In this document: positions 37,453 to 46,416 of the stretch, piece after piece | How the letters are laid out: each line of letters begins with the position of its first letter | Numbering within the stretch: position 1 is the stretch's first letter | Source of the DNA: Candidatus Omnitrophota bacterium | GTDB lineage: Bacteria > Omnitrophota > Gorgyraeia > Gygaellales > JAHJCI01 | Assembly (NCBI GenBank): GCA_042570305.1 | Contig: JBHPGP010000005.1 | Location: 1-61,177, forward strand | Reading direction: 5' to 3' | DNA length: 61,177 nt | The notes under the pieces: generated by a model | Told to the model about the DNA's origin: nothing | Database searches by the model: none | The model's input: only the letters and a program-made list of their open reading frames with translations | Translations under genes and position numbers: made by a program

Positions 37453-39785
37453 AAAACCTACCCCTTAAGTTTGCCTGTATAGTCGTGCGCTTGCGCGTCT
37501 TATTCATCTTCCTCTTTGTTTTGCTTTCGATATTCTTTCTCTTCTGCCTGAAAAATCTCAAAATTGATACGAGCCTGGGAGATTTTGTTCCCCAGAAACA
37601 CCCCTTTATCCTGGTGCAGAGTAAACTGGTGGAAGCTTTCGGAGGCCTAAATCAGGTTTCGATTGCGCTGGAGGTAAAGCAGGGAGACATCTTCAATAAA
37701 GAATTTTTAGCCAAGGTTATCGGCATTACCAATGAGTTATATCTTATGCAGGGCGTGAATGCCGGAAGGATTACCTCGCTTTCTGCAAGGAAGATAAAAT
37801 ATGTCGAGGCAGACGAGGAAGGCTTTCGCGTGATGAGGGTCTTGGGAGAAATACCTCAGGATGCCGAGCAAATGCAGGAGCTCAAGAAAAGGATAATTAA
37901 TAATCCTAACGTATATATCCGTATGGTTTCAGAGGATTTTAAGTCTACGCTTATCCAGGCAGACTTTGAGTCAGGGGTATCCTCCAGGAGGATCTTTCGC
38001 AAGCTGCGTGAAATTGCTCAAAGGGAAAAAGACGCAAATACCGAAATTTATCTTGCGGGAAGGCCGATACTGGAAGGCTGGCTTGATTTTTACCTGCCCA
38101 GGATGCTGAAGATATTATTATTTACCGTCATCATCATAGGCCTGGTTCTTTATCTGACCTTTCGCTCCAAGCGCGGGGTCATATTGCCCTTACTGGATTC
38201 ATGTTTGTCTACGGTCTGGGCAATGGGCATCATCACACTCCTTGGTTTCAACCTTGATCCCAGCACAATGCTGGTGCCCTTTTTAATCCTTGCCCTGGGG
38301 GTGAGCCATTCCGTGCATTCCATGAAGAGGTATTACGAGGAGATGCGGGATAAAGCCAGAAATTCCAAACAGGCAGTAATAAATTCAGTGAGCTCGCTGT
38401 TCGTTCCCGGATTAACCTCGGTTATTACCGATGGGCTGGCATTCTTATCCTTGCTGCTCATACCCATAGCCACGATCAGGAACATGGCGGCAGTTGCAGG
38501 CTTGGGGGTTTTGTGTAATTTTCCGGCAAGCTTTATATTCACCCCGGCAGTCCTTTCTTTCTTAAAAAGGCCAAAGGTTTTGGAGGTCCGCCGGGAGGAG
38601 AGGCATACGCTTGTAGACAGGCTGCTGAAAAGAATTGTTTTTCTGGCCATAAACAAAAGGGCAAGAAGAGCGACAATTGCCTGTTTTGTTCTCGTAGGCA
38701 TTTTAGGCCTGATAGGCGCCAGGAAAACAGTTATCGGAGATAATAGCGAGGGCTCCAGCCATCTCTATCCCAGCAGTGCTTATAACCGCTCCGAAAGATT
38801 CATCAACAGGCAATTCGGCGGCACGAATTCCTATTATGTTTTTGTGGAAGGAAAGCAGGATGCGATGATGGATAGCCGGGTGCTTACGGATATGGAGTCG
38901 CTGCAGAGCTTCTTAAAAAAAGAAGTACCTGAGGCAGGTTATGCCATTTCACTGGTTGATTACGTAAAGGCAATGAATATGGCTGTTTTTTCAGGCCAAA
39001 GAGAGTATTTTTCTATTCCCGAAGATACAAAGACCATAGCCGAATACGTATTCCTCTATGATATTTCCAGTTTTCCCGGAGATTTTACTCCGGTGGTGAG
39101 CAACGATTATTCCCTGGCGAATATCAAAGTAGAATTAAAAGACCATAAGGCAACGACGGTAAGCCGCGTTATTGAAAAGACCAGGGAATGGTTAAGTGCA
39201 TACAATTCCGCAGCCCCCCGGGCAAAATTTCTTTATGGCGGAGGAGATATCGGTATTTTAGCCGCGGTAAACGAGATTATTGCAAGAAATATGGTTTCTA
39301 ATGTTATTCTCATTGCCCTACTGGTTCTCATATACATAACCATTGCCTTTGGCAGTATCTTTGCGGCGTTGAATCTGCTGCTGCCTTTGTTCTTAAGCAT
39401 TTTGATTGTTTTTGCTATCCTGGGTTTTAGCGGAGTAAGCCTAACCATGGAGATTCTTCCTTTGGCTTCGCTATCGATGGGGCTGGGGATAAATTACGGG
39501 CTATACATTCTTTTCCGTATGCGCCAGGAGGGCAGGCAGGGCAATTCTGTATCCCGCGTACTTAAGATATCCTTGCTTACTTCCGGAAAGGCGGACTTTT
39601 TCAGCGGGATGATTGTCTCCCTGGGGGTTATGGCTTGTGTATTTTCCAGTATACGCCTGCAGGCATCATTCGGGGCTACGCTGGGAGCGGCTTTGATTTT
39701 GAATATGCTGGGAACATTGGTGTTGTTACCAGTGCTTATCTCTTTATTCAGACCTAAGTTTATTTTTGGCAGGTCTTTTAAATAG
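37449..39785 (+). CDS. MMPL/HAE3-type RND-superfamily transporter
   Basis: 778 aa. Two repeats of the same unit: a large extracytoplasmic loop followed by a bundle of about 5 TM segments. The sterol-sensing-like TM region is 'LGVSHSVH...'. The start ATG overlaps the ligase stop (ATGA at 37449-37452). Confidence 0.8.
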   Translation: MKNLPLKFACIVVRLRVLFIFLFVLLSIFFLFCLKNLKIDTSLGDFVPQKHPFILVQSKLVEAFGGLNQVSIALEVKQGDIFNKEFLAKVIGITNELYLMQGVNAGRITSLSARKIKYVEADEEGFRVMRVLGEIPQDAEQMQELKKRIINNPNVYIRMVSEDFKSTLIQADFESGVSSRRIFRKLREIAQREKDANTEIYLAGRPILEGWLDFYLPRMLKILLFTVIIIGLVLYLTFRSKRGVILPLLDSCLSTVWAMGIITLLGFNLDPSTMLVPFLILALGVSHSVHSMKRYYEEMRDKARNSKQAVINSVSSLFVPGLTSVITDGLAFLSLLLIPIATIRNMAAVAGLGVLCNFPASFIFTPAVLSFLKRPKVLEVRREERHTLVDRLLKRIVFLAINKRARRATIACFVLVGILGLIGARKTVIGDNSEGSSHLYPSSAYNRSERFINRQFGGTNSYYVFVEGKQDAMMDSRVLTDMESLQSFLKKEVPEAGYAISLVDYVKAMNMAVFSGQREYFSIPEDTKTIAEYVFLYDISSFPGDFTPVVSNDYSLANIKVELKDHKATTVSRVIEKTREWLSAYNSAAPRAKFLYGGGDIGILAAVNEIIARNMVSNVILIALLVLIYITIAFGSIFAALNLLLPLFLSILIVFAILGFSGVSLTMEILPLASLSMGLGINYGLYILFRMRQEGRQGNSVSRVLKISLLTSGKADFFSGMIVSLGVMACVFSSIRLQASFGATLGAALILNMLGTLVLLPVLISLFRPKFIFGRSFK

Positions 39786-39860
39786 ATTGACGCTATGTAT
39801 TCAACAGTTGCCTGGAAAGCAGGCTCAAGTTAAGCAAGGCTTAAGTGAAAGGGGGATAGA

Positions 39861-40760
39861 ATGAAAAAGCGGTTACGCTTTGTTGTTTCATGCGTTGGGC
39901 TATGTCTGTTCTTGGGGGCAGCTTGCCTTTATGCTGCGGCATTAGAATACCATCAGGTTTACAAACCCAAGGAGGGGATGTCTGCTGATGAGATAATGCA
40001 GTTAAAGTATTTCGTGAAATACACGCTCTTTGCCCGTGATTATGAATCCACAGGCTACGTGTATTTAGTCGATGCAAACGGATTCAAGCGCGAGAGAACA
40101 TTTTTAAGACGCAGGCTTATCCTGGGCAGGGGAACGGACGACCTCTCTTATAAGGACCTGGTAATGTTTACCGGACCAACGGCAGTAAAGGGGCTGGCTA
40201 TTCTGACCTGGACATATATGTCTCCTGATAAAGAACAGAATCAGTGGCTTTGGCTGCCTTCTTTGAAGAAGATCCGTAAGATTTCAGCCGCCCAGGCAGA
40301 CGACTCTTTTATGGGCAGCGATTTTACCGTTGAAGAGATAACCTCGCGCAGATTCGACGATGAAACCTACAAGTTATTAAGAGAAGAGAACTTCCAGGGT
40401 TTTCAGTCAGAGGTTAACGGGCAGTCTTATCACCAGGGAACCGTCTGTTACGTGATTGAGGCAACGCCTAAAAGAACCCCCTGGTATTACTCCAAAAGAA
40501 TTGTCTGGATAGACAAAAAAACCGGCGGAGATATTTATCATGAGGTTTACGACCCCAACGGAACACTCTACAAGACAATCTTTAAGGATTATGAATTTAT
40601 CAGCATAAACGGACTGGATTATGCCACGCAAAAGTTCCTGGAGGTAAAGGACCTGCGCACAGGGCATAAGACAGCGATCGATATGCAAGGCATAAAATAC
40701 GACCAGGGTTTATCCGAGGAGTTATTTACGGAGAAATCCCTGATGCGTTCAAGATGGTAA
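39861..40760 (+). CDS. LolA-like 'outer membrane lipoprotein-sorting protein' family periplasmic protein
   Basis: Signal peptide (MKKRLRFVVSCVGLCLFLGAACLYAAA). The stretch 'VMFTGPTAVKGLAILTW...QWLWLPSLKKIRKISAAQADDSFMGSDFTVEEI' matches the conserved core of the LolA_like family, which is usually found next to HAE3/MMPL pumps. Confidence 0.75.
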   Translation: MKKRLRFVVSCVGLCLFLGAACLYAAALEYHQVYKPKEGMSADEIMQLKYFVKYTLFARDYESTGYVYLVDANGFKRERTFLRRRLILGRGTDDLSYKDLVMFTGPTAVKGLAILTWTYMSPDKEQNQWLWLPSLKKIRKISAAQADDSFMGSDFTVEEITSRRFDDETYKLLREENFQGFQSEVNGQSYHQGTVCYVIEATPKRTPWYYSKRIVWIDKKTGGDIYHEVYDPNGTLYKTIFKDYEFISINGLDYATQKFLEVKDLRTGHKTAIDMQGIKYDQGLSEELFTEKSLMRSRW

Positions 40761-40773
40761 GAGGAGGTGATCA

Positions 40774-42198
40774 ATGAGAAAGTTACTGATTTTATTTTTT
40801 CTGTCGGTTATCCTGGCGACAAACAGCTATGCCAATGATTTTACCATGGCAGGCTATTTAAAGAACGAAACCTCAGTCGGCCTGGATACTTTGAATGACG
40901 TCAATAAATTTAAAAATATCGTAGGTCTTTCAGGAGAATACAAGTTAAGCGATAGCTGGGTATTCTTTACCTCGGCCAAATACTGGTATGACGCGGCATA
41001 TGACTGGTCCTCAAAATATGATTCAGCTCAGCACTATATGGGTCATATTCAGCGCAATGACTGGTTAAGGGATTGTTACCTGGATTATATCTCTGATAAT
41101 CTGGATATCCGTTTGGGCAAACAGCAGGTAGTCTGGGGTCAGTCAGACGGAATTGCTATTTTGGACAGGGTTAATCCCTTTGACCTGACTGAATACTGGC
41201 TGCCGGACTTAGTTGACCTGCGCATCCCCTTATGGATGGTCAACGTCAAGTATGCTCCCAAGGTTGACTCAGTGCTGCAGCTTTTGATCGTCCCTGATTT
41301 TGAGCAATCTACAGCGGCACCGCCGGATGCGCCCTTTGCCTTTCGTTCGTACAGGCTCTTTGAGGGGTTTAGAAATACCTGGTTGTCCGGTGCAGGGCCG
41401 GTTCCGCCCTTACCGCCGGCATTTCTCCGCGGGCCGCTGAATACGGGTATTTATTATCCGGGGAAAAAATTCAAGAATTCTACCTTCGGTGTGCAGTGGA
41501 TGGACAGGATTGGCGATATAGAATATACCCTTAATTTTCTTTATGGTTACTACTATTCAGCCAGCACGTATAATGAGAGCCCGCCTGCCATTCCCCCGAT
41601 TACCCTTAATTATGCCAGGCGCTTTAAGCTCTGGCGCTTGTACGGGGGTTCATTTAATAAAACATTCACTGAGTCAGGCCCGCTTCAGGGGATTACCTTA
41701 AGAGGGGACTTCGCTTATTATAATGATGAGCCTACGTATTTCGGAGACGTGGATACGGGTTCTTCCGCAGGGGTGAATCGCTGGGATAATATTTTCTGGT
41801 TAATCGGCATAGATAAATATGTGGCGACTAACTGGCTGGTGAGTTTTCAATACTCCCAGTATATTATGCAGGAGGACAGCCCCGGAGGGATTAGCCCTAC
41901 CACCGGCAAGCCTTATGAGACCTTTAACCGCTATACCTATGGTCCTCAGGACGAGGTTGAAAATATCTTCTCCTTGAAGATTATGACAGATTTTATGCAC
42001 GAGCGCTTAAAGCCGGAGATTCTCTGGAGCTGGACTGATGATAACCAGGGAAAGGTTTCGCCGAAAGTGACCTACGAAGTAAGGGATGACCTGTGGGTAA
42101 CTACCGGTATCCATTTCTTCTACGGAAATGAATATGACAGTAACGGTCAGTTCCGCGATAAAAACCAGATTTACCTCAACGTAACCTATACCTTCTGA
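40774..42198 (+). CDS. DUF1302-like outer-membrane beta-barrel protein
   Basis: Signal peptide ending SYA|ND, then N-terminal 'FTMAGYLKNETSVGL'. Alternating aromatic/hydrophilic strands run throughout. The C-terminus 'LNVTYTF' is an OMP-type terminal Phe. Confidence 0.65.
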   Translation: MRKLLILFFLSVILATNSYANDFTMAGYLKNETSVGLDTLNDVNKFKNIVGLSGEYKLSDSWVFFTSAKYWYDAAYDWSSKYDSAQHYMGHIQRNDWLRDCYLDYISDNLDIRLGKQQVVWGQSDGIAILDRVNPFDLTEYWLPDLVDLRIPLWMVNVKYAPKVDSVLQLLIVPDFEQSTAAPPDAPFAFRSYRLFEGFRNTWLSGAGPVPPLPPAFLRGPLNTGIYYPGKKFKNSTFGVQWMDRIGDIEYTLNFLYGYYYSASTYNESPPAIPPITLNYARRFKLWRLYGGSFNKTFTESGPLQGITLRGDFAYYNDEPTYFGDVDTGSSAGVNRWDNIFWLIGIDKYVATNWLVSFQYSQYIMQEDSPGGISPTTGKPYETFNRYTYGPQDEVENIFSLKIMTDFMHERLKPEILWSWTDDNQGKVSPKVTYEVRDDLWVTTGIHFFYGNEYDSNGQFRDKNQIYLNVTYTF

Positions 42199-42220
42199 TT
42201 TAAGGTACATCCTTTTACCC

Positions 42221-42266
42221 AATTGGGGGACACCCTTGTATTCTGCGCAAAGGGTGTCCCCCAATT
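42221..42266 (+). terminator. long perfect hairpin (17-bp stem) after the OM barrel gene
   Basis: AATTGGGGGACACCCTT (42221-42237) pairs perfectly with AAGGGTGTCCCCCAATT (42250-42266). The loop is 12 nt. The downstream T-tract is weak (TTATT). Confidence 0.6.
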
Positions 42267-42286
42267 TATTGTGGTGTACCCTATTC

Positions 42287-42320
42287 ATTCCAGGGTTCCC
42301 GCCTTGCCTGGAATTTTTTA
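42287..42320 (+). terminator. rho-independent terminator
   Basis: ATTCCAGG (42287-42294) pairs with CCTGGAAT (42307-42314). The loop is 12 nt and TTTTTTA follows. Confidence 0.7.
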
Positions 42321-42406
42321 TTGACCCGGCAGCTTTTATCAATTAGAATAGGAACAATTAAGCTACCGATTAGGCAAGAATTTTGACTGGAATATAATGT
42401 GCGGGG

Positions 42407-42435
42407 TTGACTAAACAGACAAACTATGCTATGCT
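42407..42435 (+). promoter_or_regulatory. candidate promoter for the DUF5679-rsfS-argS-recJ unit
   Basis: TTGACT (42407-42412), a 17-nt spacer, then TATGCT (42430-42435). A second candidate, TTGACC-17-TAGAAT, lies at 42321-42349. Confidence 0.35.
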
Positions 42436-42486
42436 TTAGCAAAAGTATTTAAATAATTATTAACTTTTATCTGAAGGGAGGATTAA

Positions 42487-42633
42487 ATGTCAGAAGGTTA
42501 TTGCGTGAAGTGTAAGAGCAAGAAAGAAATGAAGGATACGCAGGAGGTTACTTTGAAAAACGGCCGCAAGGCTGCTAAGGGAAAATGTACAGCTTGCGGA
42601 ACCTCGATGTTTAAAATCTTAGGCAAGGCCTAA
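42487..42633 (+). CDS. DUF5679-like small zinc-ribbon protein (48 aa)
   Basis: Not in the ORF track because it is under 60 aa. Translation: MSEGYCVKCKSKKEMKDTQEVTLKNGRKAAKGKCTACGTSMFKILGKA. It has a CxxC...CxxC pair and a strong RBS, GAAGGGAGGATTAA, directly before the ATG. Confidence 0.75.
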   Translation: MSEGYCVKCKSKKEMKDTQEVTLKNGRKAAKGKCTACGTSMFKILGKA

Positions 42634-42649
42634 GAGGAGGCAGAAGGTA

Positions 42650-43024
42650 ATAAGCGCAGCAAGAGAATTAGCCATACGCATTGCCCGCATTGCTAAGGAC
42701 AGGAAGGCGCAAAAGACAGTTGTTCTGAACCTGGAAAAGCTGGCTGCTTTCTGTGACTTCTTCGTAATTATGAGCGGCACTTCTGGTCGCCATATCGCGG
42801 GCCTAGCCGAGGCAATTAAAGAAGAATTATTTAGAGATAGAATAAAACCTCTCTTTGGCGGTTCTTTATCGCAGGGCCCGGAATCAGGTTGGGTCGTCTT
42901 AGACTATGCCAGCGTAGTTGTGCATATATTCATGAAACCGCAGAGAGAGTTTTATTCTTTAGAGCGCCTCTGGCAGGACGCTAAAAGAGTAAGAATCCCC
43001 TCTCGCCGCAATAAACCCCGTTAA
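42650..43024 (+). CDS. rsfS: ribosomal silencing factor RsfS (5' end uncertain, apparent non-canonical start)
   Basis: Contains 'CDFFVIMSGTSGRHIAGLAEAI...WVVLDYASVVVHIF...REFYSLERLW'. The conserved N-terminal part (ISAARELAIRIARIAKDRKAQKTVVLNL) lies upstream of the first ATG (42770). No ATG/GTG/TTG is in frame there. ATA 42650 lies 9 nt after GAGGAGG. Confidence 0.8.
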   Translation: MSAARELAIRIARIAKDRKAQKTVVLNLEKLAAFCDFFVIMSGTSGRHIAGLAEAIKEELFRDRIKPLFGGSLSQGPESGWVVLDYASVVVHIFMKPQREFYSLERLWQDAKRVRIPSRRNKPR

Positions 43025-43069
43025 AAAGATATCTCTCAATAAGACGGGAGTTTCTAACGGGCAAAGTAA

Positions 43070-44728
43070 ATGAAAAAGGAAAATCTTTGCGAAATCCTCC
43101 TTTCCCTGACCAAGGATTACCTGGGAACCCTAAAGTTAGATAATCTCCCCTCTCTTGAGACAGCCTTAGAATTTTCTTCCCAAAAAGAATACGGAGACCT
43201 TTCAATTAACTATGCTTTAAAATTAAGCAGCAGGTTAAGGCAGCCGCCCAGGCAAATTGCCGATTCCCTGGCCGATTATCTAAAGGTGAGGATAAAAGAG
43301 ACAAGTTTAAAAGACTATATATCCTCTATTCAGGTTGCCCGGGCAGGCTTTATCAATTTCTTTCTCAGCGAAATTTATTTTCGCGAGGTATTAAAGGAAA
43401 TTCTTACCCTCCGCGGTGATTTCGGGCGCAGTAGTTTAGGGGCCGGGAGAAAGGCGTTGGTAGAATTTGTCAGCGCTAACCCTACAGGGCCGTTATCCGT
43501 TGCCCATGCCCGTCAGGCAGCAGTAGGGGATGCGCTTTGTAATATCTTGGATTTTTTAGGGTTTAAGATAAAACGCGAATATTATCTTAATGATGAAGGC
43601 AATCAGATTAACCTCCTGGGAGAATCTATCAAGGCAAGGTTTATGGAATTACTGGGAGAACCAGCCAGGCTGCCCGAAGGGGGATATGAGGGAGAGTATG
43701 TCACGGATATAGCAAAGCAGATACTGAAAGAAAAAGAGACGGCGCCAATGCGCGAGGAGGGCCTTTTTTCAGAATACGGCGCTAGCTATATTTTAGGGAT
43801 AATTAAACAGGAGTTAGATGATTTCGGAATTGAGTTTGATTACTGGTATAGCCAGAAAAAACTGGCTAAATCAGGAAGGATAGAGAAGGTTCTGGAGGAG
43901 CTCAAGGGAAAAGGCTTTATCTACGAAAGGGAATCAGCCTCCTGGTTTAAATCGACTTCCTTTGGCGACGATAAGGACAGGGTGGTGATTAAGAGCGATG
44001 GCTCATATACCTACCTTACTCCGGATTTGGCTTACCATAAGGAAAAATACCAACGCGGTTTCAGTTGGCTGATAAATCTTTGGGGACCGGACCATCACGG
44101 TTATATCGCAAGGGTTAATGCGGCTGTCAGGGCGCTGGGTTATCCTGCCGATTCCTTGAGTATCTTGATAGTCCAACTGGCAACCATATTCAAAGGCGGC
44201 AAGCCTCTGCCGATGTCTACGCGCCAGGGACGCTATATTACTCTCAGGGAGATACTGCAGGAGGTAGGGGTTGATGCCAGCCGGTTTTTTTTCCTGATGC
44301 GCCGAACGTCAGCACATCTTGATTTTGATCTGGAACTGGCCAAGAAGCAAACCTCAGAGAATCCGGTTTATTATGTCCAGTATGCCCACGCGCGGATTTG
44401 CAGTATTATGCGCAACGCCGGTACAGCGCAAAAGTTTAGAGCTTCTGATCTGAGCCTGCTTGGGGAGCCCGAAGAAATAAACCTGATGAAAAGGTTATGG
44501 CAGTTCCCCCGCATCTTAGAGTTATGCTATAAGAGTCTTGACCCCTATTTTATTACCGTTTACCTGCAGGAAATAGCCGAGGATTTACACAGGTTTTATG
44601 AACGGCATCGTGTTTTAAGCGAGAATAAGGATTTAACTAATGCAAGGCTCGCCCTGATCGAAGCTGCGCGCATAGTCTTGGAAAAGGGCTTGAGCCTGTT
44701 AGGCATATCTGCTCCGGAGTCAATGTAA
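43070..44728 (+). CDS. argS: arginine--tRNA ligase
   Basis: Contains 'SANPTGPLSVAHARQA' (HIGH region) and 'PMSTRQG' (KMSK-like), with a C-terminal DALR anticodon-binding region. Confidence 0.95.
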   Translation: MKKENLCEILLSLTKDYLGTLKLDNLPSLETALEFSSQKEYGDLSINYALKLSSRLRQPPRQIADSLADYLKVRIKETSLKDYISSIQVARAGFINFFLSEIYFREVLKEILTLRGDFGRSSLGAGRKALVEFVSANPTGPLSVAHARQAAVGDALCNILDFLGFKIKREYYLNDEGNQINLLGESIKARFMELLGEPARLPEGGYEGEYVTDIAKQILKEKETAPMREEGLFSEYGASYILGIIKQELDDFGIEFDYWYSQKKLAKSGRIEKVLEELKGKGFIYERESASWFKSTSFGDDKDRVVIKSDGSYTYLTPDLAYHKEKYQRGFSWLINLWGPDHHGYIARVNAAVRALGYPADSLSILIVQLATIFKGGKPLPMSTRQGRYITLREILQEVGVDASRFFFLMRRTSAHLDFDLELAKKQTSENPVYYVQYAHARICSIMRNAGTAQKFRASDLSLLGEPEEINLMKRLWQFPRILELCYKSLDPYFITVYLQEIAEDLHRFYERHRVLSENKDLTNARLALIEAARIVLEKGLSLLGISAPESM

Positions 44729-46416
44729 TGCGCAAAATTATCAATATCGCAAAAGAGGATAAAAAATTACAGAATGAATTAGCCAAGGAAATGGGTATTT
44801 CCCGGGTTCTTGCCCAGGTTTTGATTAACCGCGGAGTAGAGTCAGTAGAGTCGGCAAGCAAGTTCCTTAATCCTTGCCTTACGGATTTATTTTCCCCTTG
44901 GGAACTGAAAGATATGGAGCCGGCAGTCGAAAGAATTAGGCAGGCAGCCAGGCGTAAGGATAAGGTTTTGATTTTCGGAGATTATGATGTGGACGGCATA
45001 ACCGCAGTCGCCTTATTAAAGGTACATCTGGAGCGCCTGGGCATACCAGCAATACATTATATTCCCCATAGGATAGCAGAGGGCTATGGCTTAAGCCCGG
45101 GCATTTTAGAGGTTGCCAGGGGTAAGTCCGTTAAGTTAATCATCACCGTAGATTGCGGTATTAACAGCCACGCAATTATAAAAAAGCTGGCAGCAGACGG
45201 TATTGATGTTATCGTTACCGACCACCACCAGCCGGAAGCAAGACTTCCTTCTGCGGTTGCCGTGATTAATCCAAAGCGCCAGGACTGCCCTTATAAATAC
45301 AAAGAACTCGCCGGAGTAGGAGTTGCCTATAAATTTGCTCAAGCCTTTACCGGTAGCTCTCTCTGGGAAGACCTGGATTTAGTTGCCCTGGGAACGATTG
45401 CCGATAGCGTGCCTTTAAACGGCGAAAACCGGATAATAGTCAAGGAGGGGCTTAAGAGGCTTTCTTCTGCTGTGCGTCCGGGGATTCAGGCGCTGATAGA
45501 CATTGCCGGTATTAATAGCCGCCGGCCGCTGGGGGCATTCGCAATCAGTTTTATTCTCGGCCCGCGGATAAATGCCAGCGGCAGAATGGATACCGCAGAG
45601 AGCGCCTTGAGGCTATTGCTTAGTCAATCTCCGGATGAAGCCAGGGACCTGGCAAAAATACTGGATGCCCATAACCGTAAAAGGCAGAGGGTGGAAGAGA
45701 GGGTGCTTAAACAGGCCAGAAGCTTAATCGACAGGGAGGTCAATTTCAAGGACCACCGCATAATCGTTGTTTCCGGACAGGATTGGCACGTAGGGGTTTT
45801 GGGCATTGCTGCTTCCCGACTGTCGGATGAATTCTACAGGCCGACAATCTTAATCTCCGAAAGTGCCGACGAGCAATATTGCCGCGGTTCGGCCCGTTCA
45901 ATAAAGGATTATTCGATATTCGATGCCCTGGTTCATTGCCGCAGGCACCTGGAGAATTTCGGAGGCCACAAATACGCCGCCGGTTTAGTTATTTCCAAGG
46001 GGAATATTCAGGATTTTCGCAGGGATATAAACAGCTTTGCCGAACAGACACTGCTTAAGGATTTACTCTGCCCTTCGATAGATGCGGATATGCAGCTGGA
46101 ACTGGATGATTTAAGCGAGGATTTAGTTTACGGCCTAAGGGATTTAGCTCCGTTCGGAAGGGCTAATCCCGAACCGGCTTTTTATATTCGCAATCTTACC
46201 TTACGGGGACAACCACAGGCCTTTGCCAGGGATACGTTAAAATTCTGGGTTACTGACTCTAAGCTTACTTATCCGGTAGTTGGTTTTGGCTTGGCGCCTT
46301 TAATGCAAGGGTTGGTTGAGGCAGGTTCCTTGGATCTGGTTTTTCATGCCGAGATAGACAACTGGAAGGAAAACCGCGGTTTAATCTTAGAGGCCGGAGA
46401 AATAATCCTTAGATAA
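44728..46416 (+). CDS. recJ: single-stranded-DNA-specific exonuclease RecJ
   Basis: Contains 'IFGDYDVDGITA', 'VTDHHQP' and 'GGHKYAAG'. Confidence 0.93.
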   Translation: MRKIINIAKEDKKLQNELAKEMGISRVLAQVLINRGVESVESASKFLNPCLTDLFSPWELKDMEPAVERIRQAARRKDKVLIFGDYDVDGITAVALLKVHLERLGIPAIHYIPHRIAEGYGLSPGILEVARGKSVKLIITVDCGINSHAIIKKLAADGIDVIVTDHHQPEARLPSAVAVINPKRQDCPYKYKELAGVGVAYKFAQAFTGSSLWEDLDLVALGTIADSVPLNGENRIIVKEGLKRLSSAVRPGIQALIDIAGINSRRPLGAFAISFILGPRINASGRMDTAESALRLLLSQSPDEARDLAKILDAHNRKRQRVEERVLKQARSLIDREVNFKDHRIIVVSGQDWHVGVLGIAASRLSDEFYRPTILISESADEQYCRGSARSIKDYSIFDALVHCRRHLENFGGHKYAAGLVISKGNIQDFRRDINSFAEQTLLKDLLCPSIDADMQLELDDLSEDLVYGLRDLAPFGRANPEPAFYIRNLTLRGQPQAFARDTLKFWVTDSKLTYPVVGFGLAPLMQGLVEAGSLDLVFHAEIDNWKENRGLILEAGEIILR

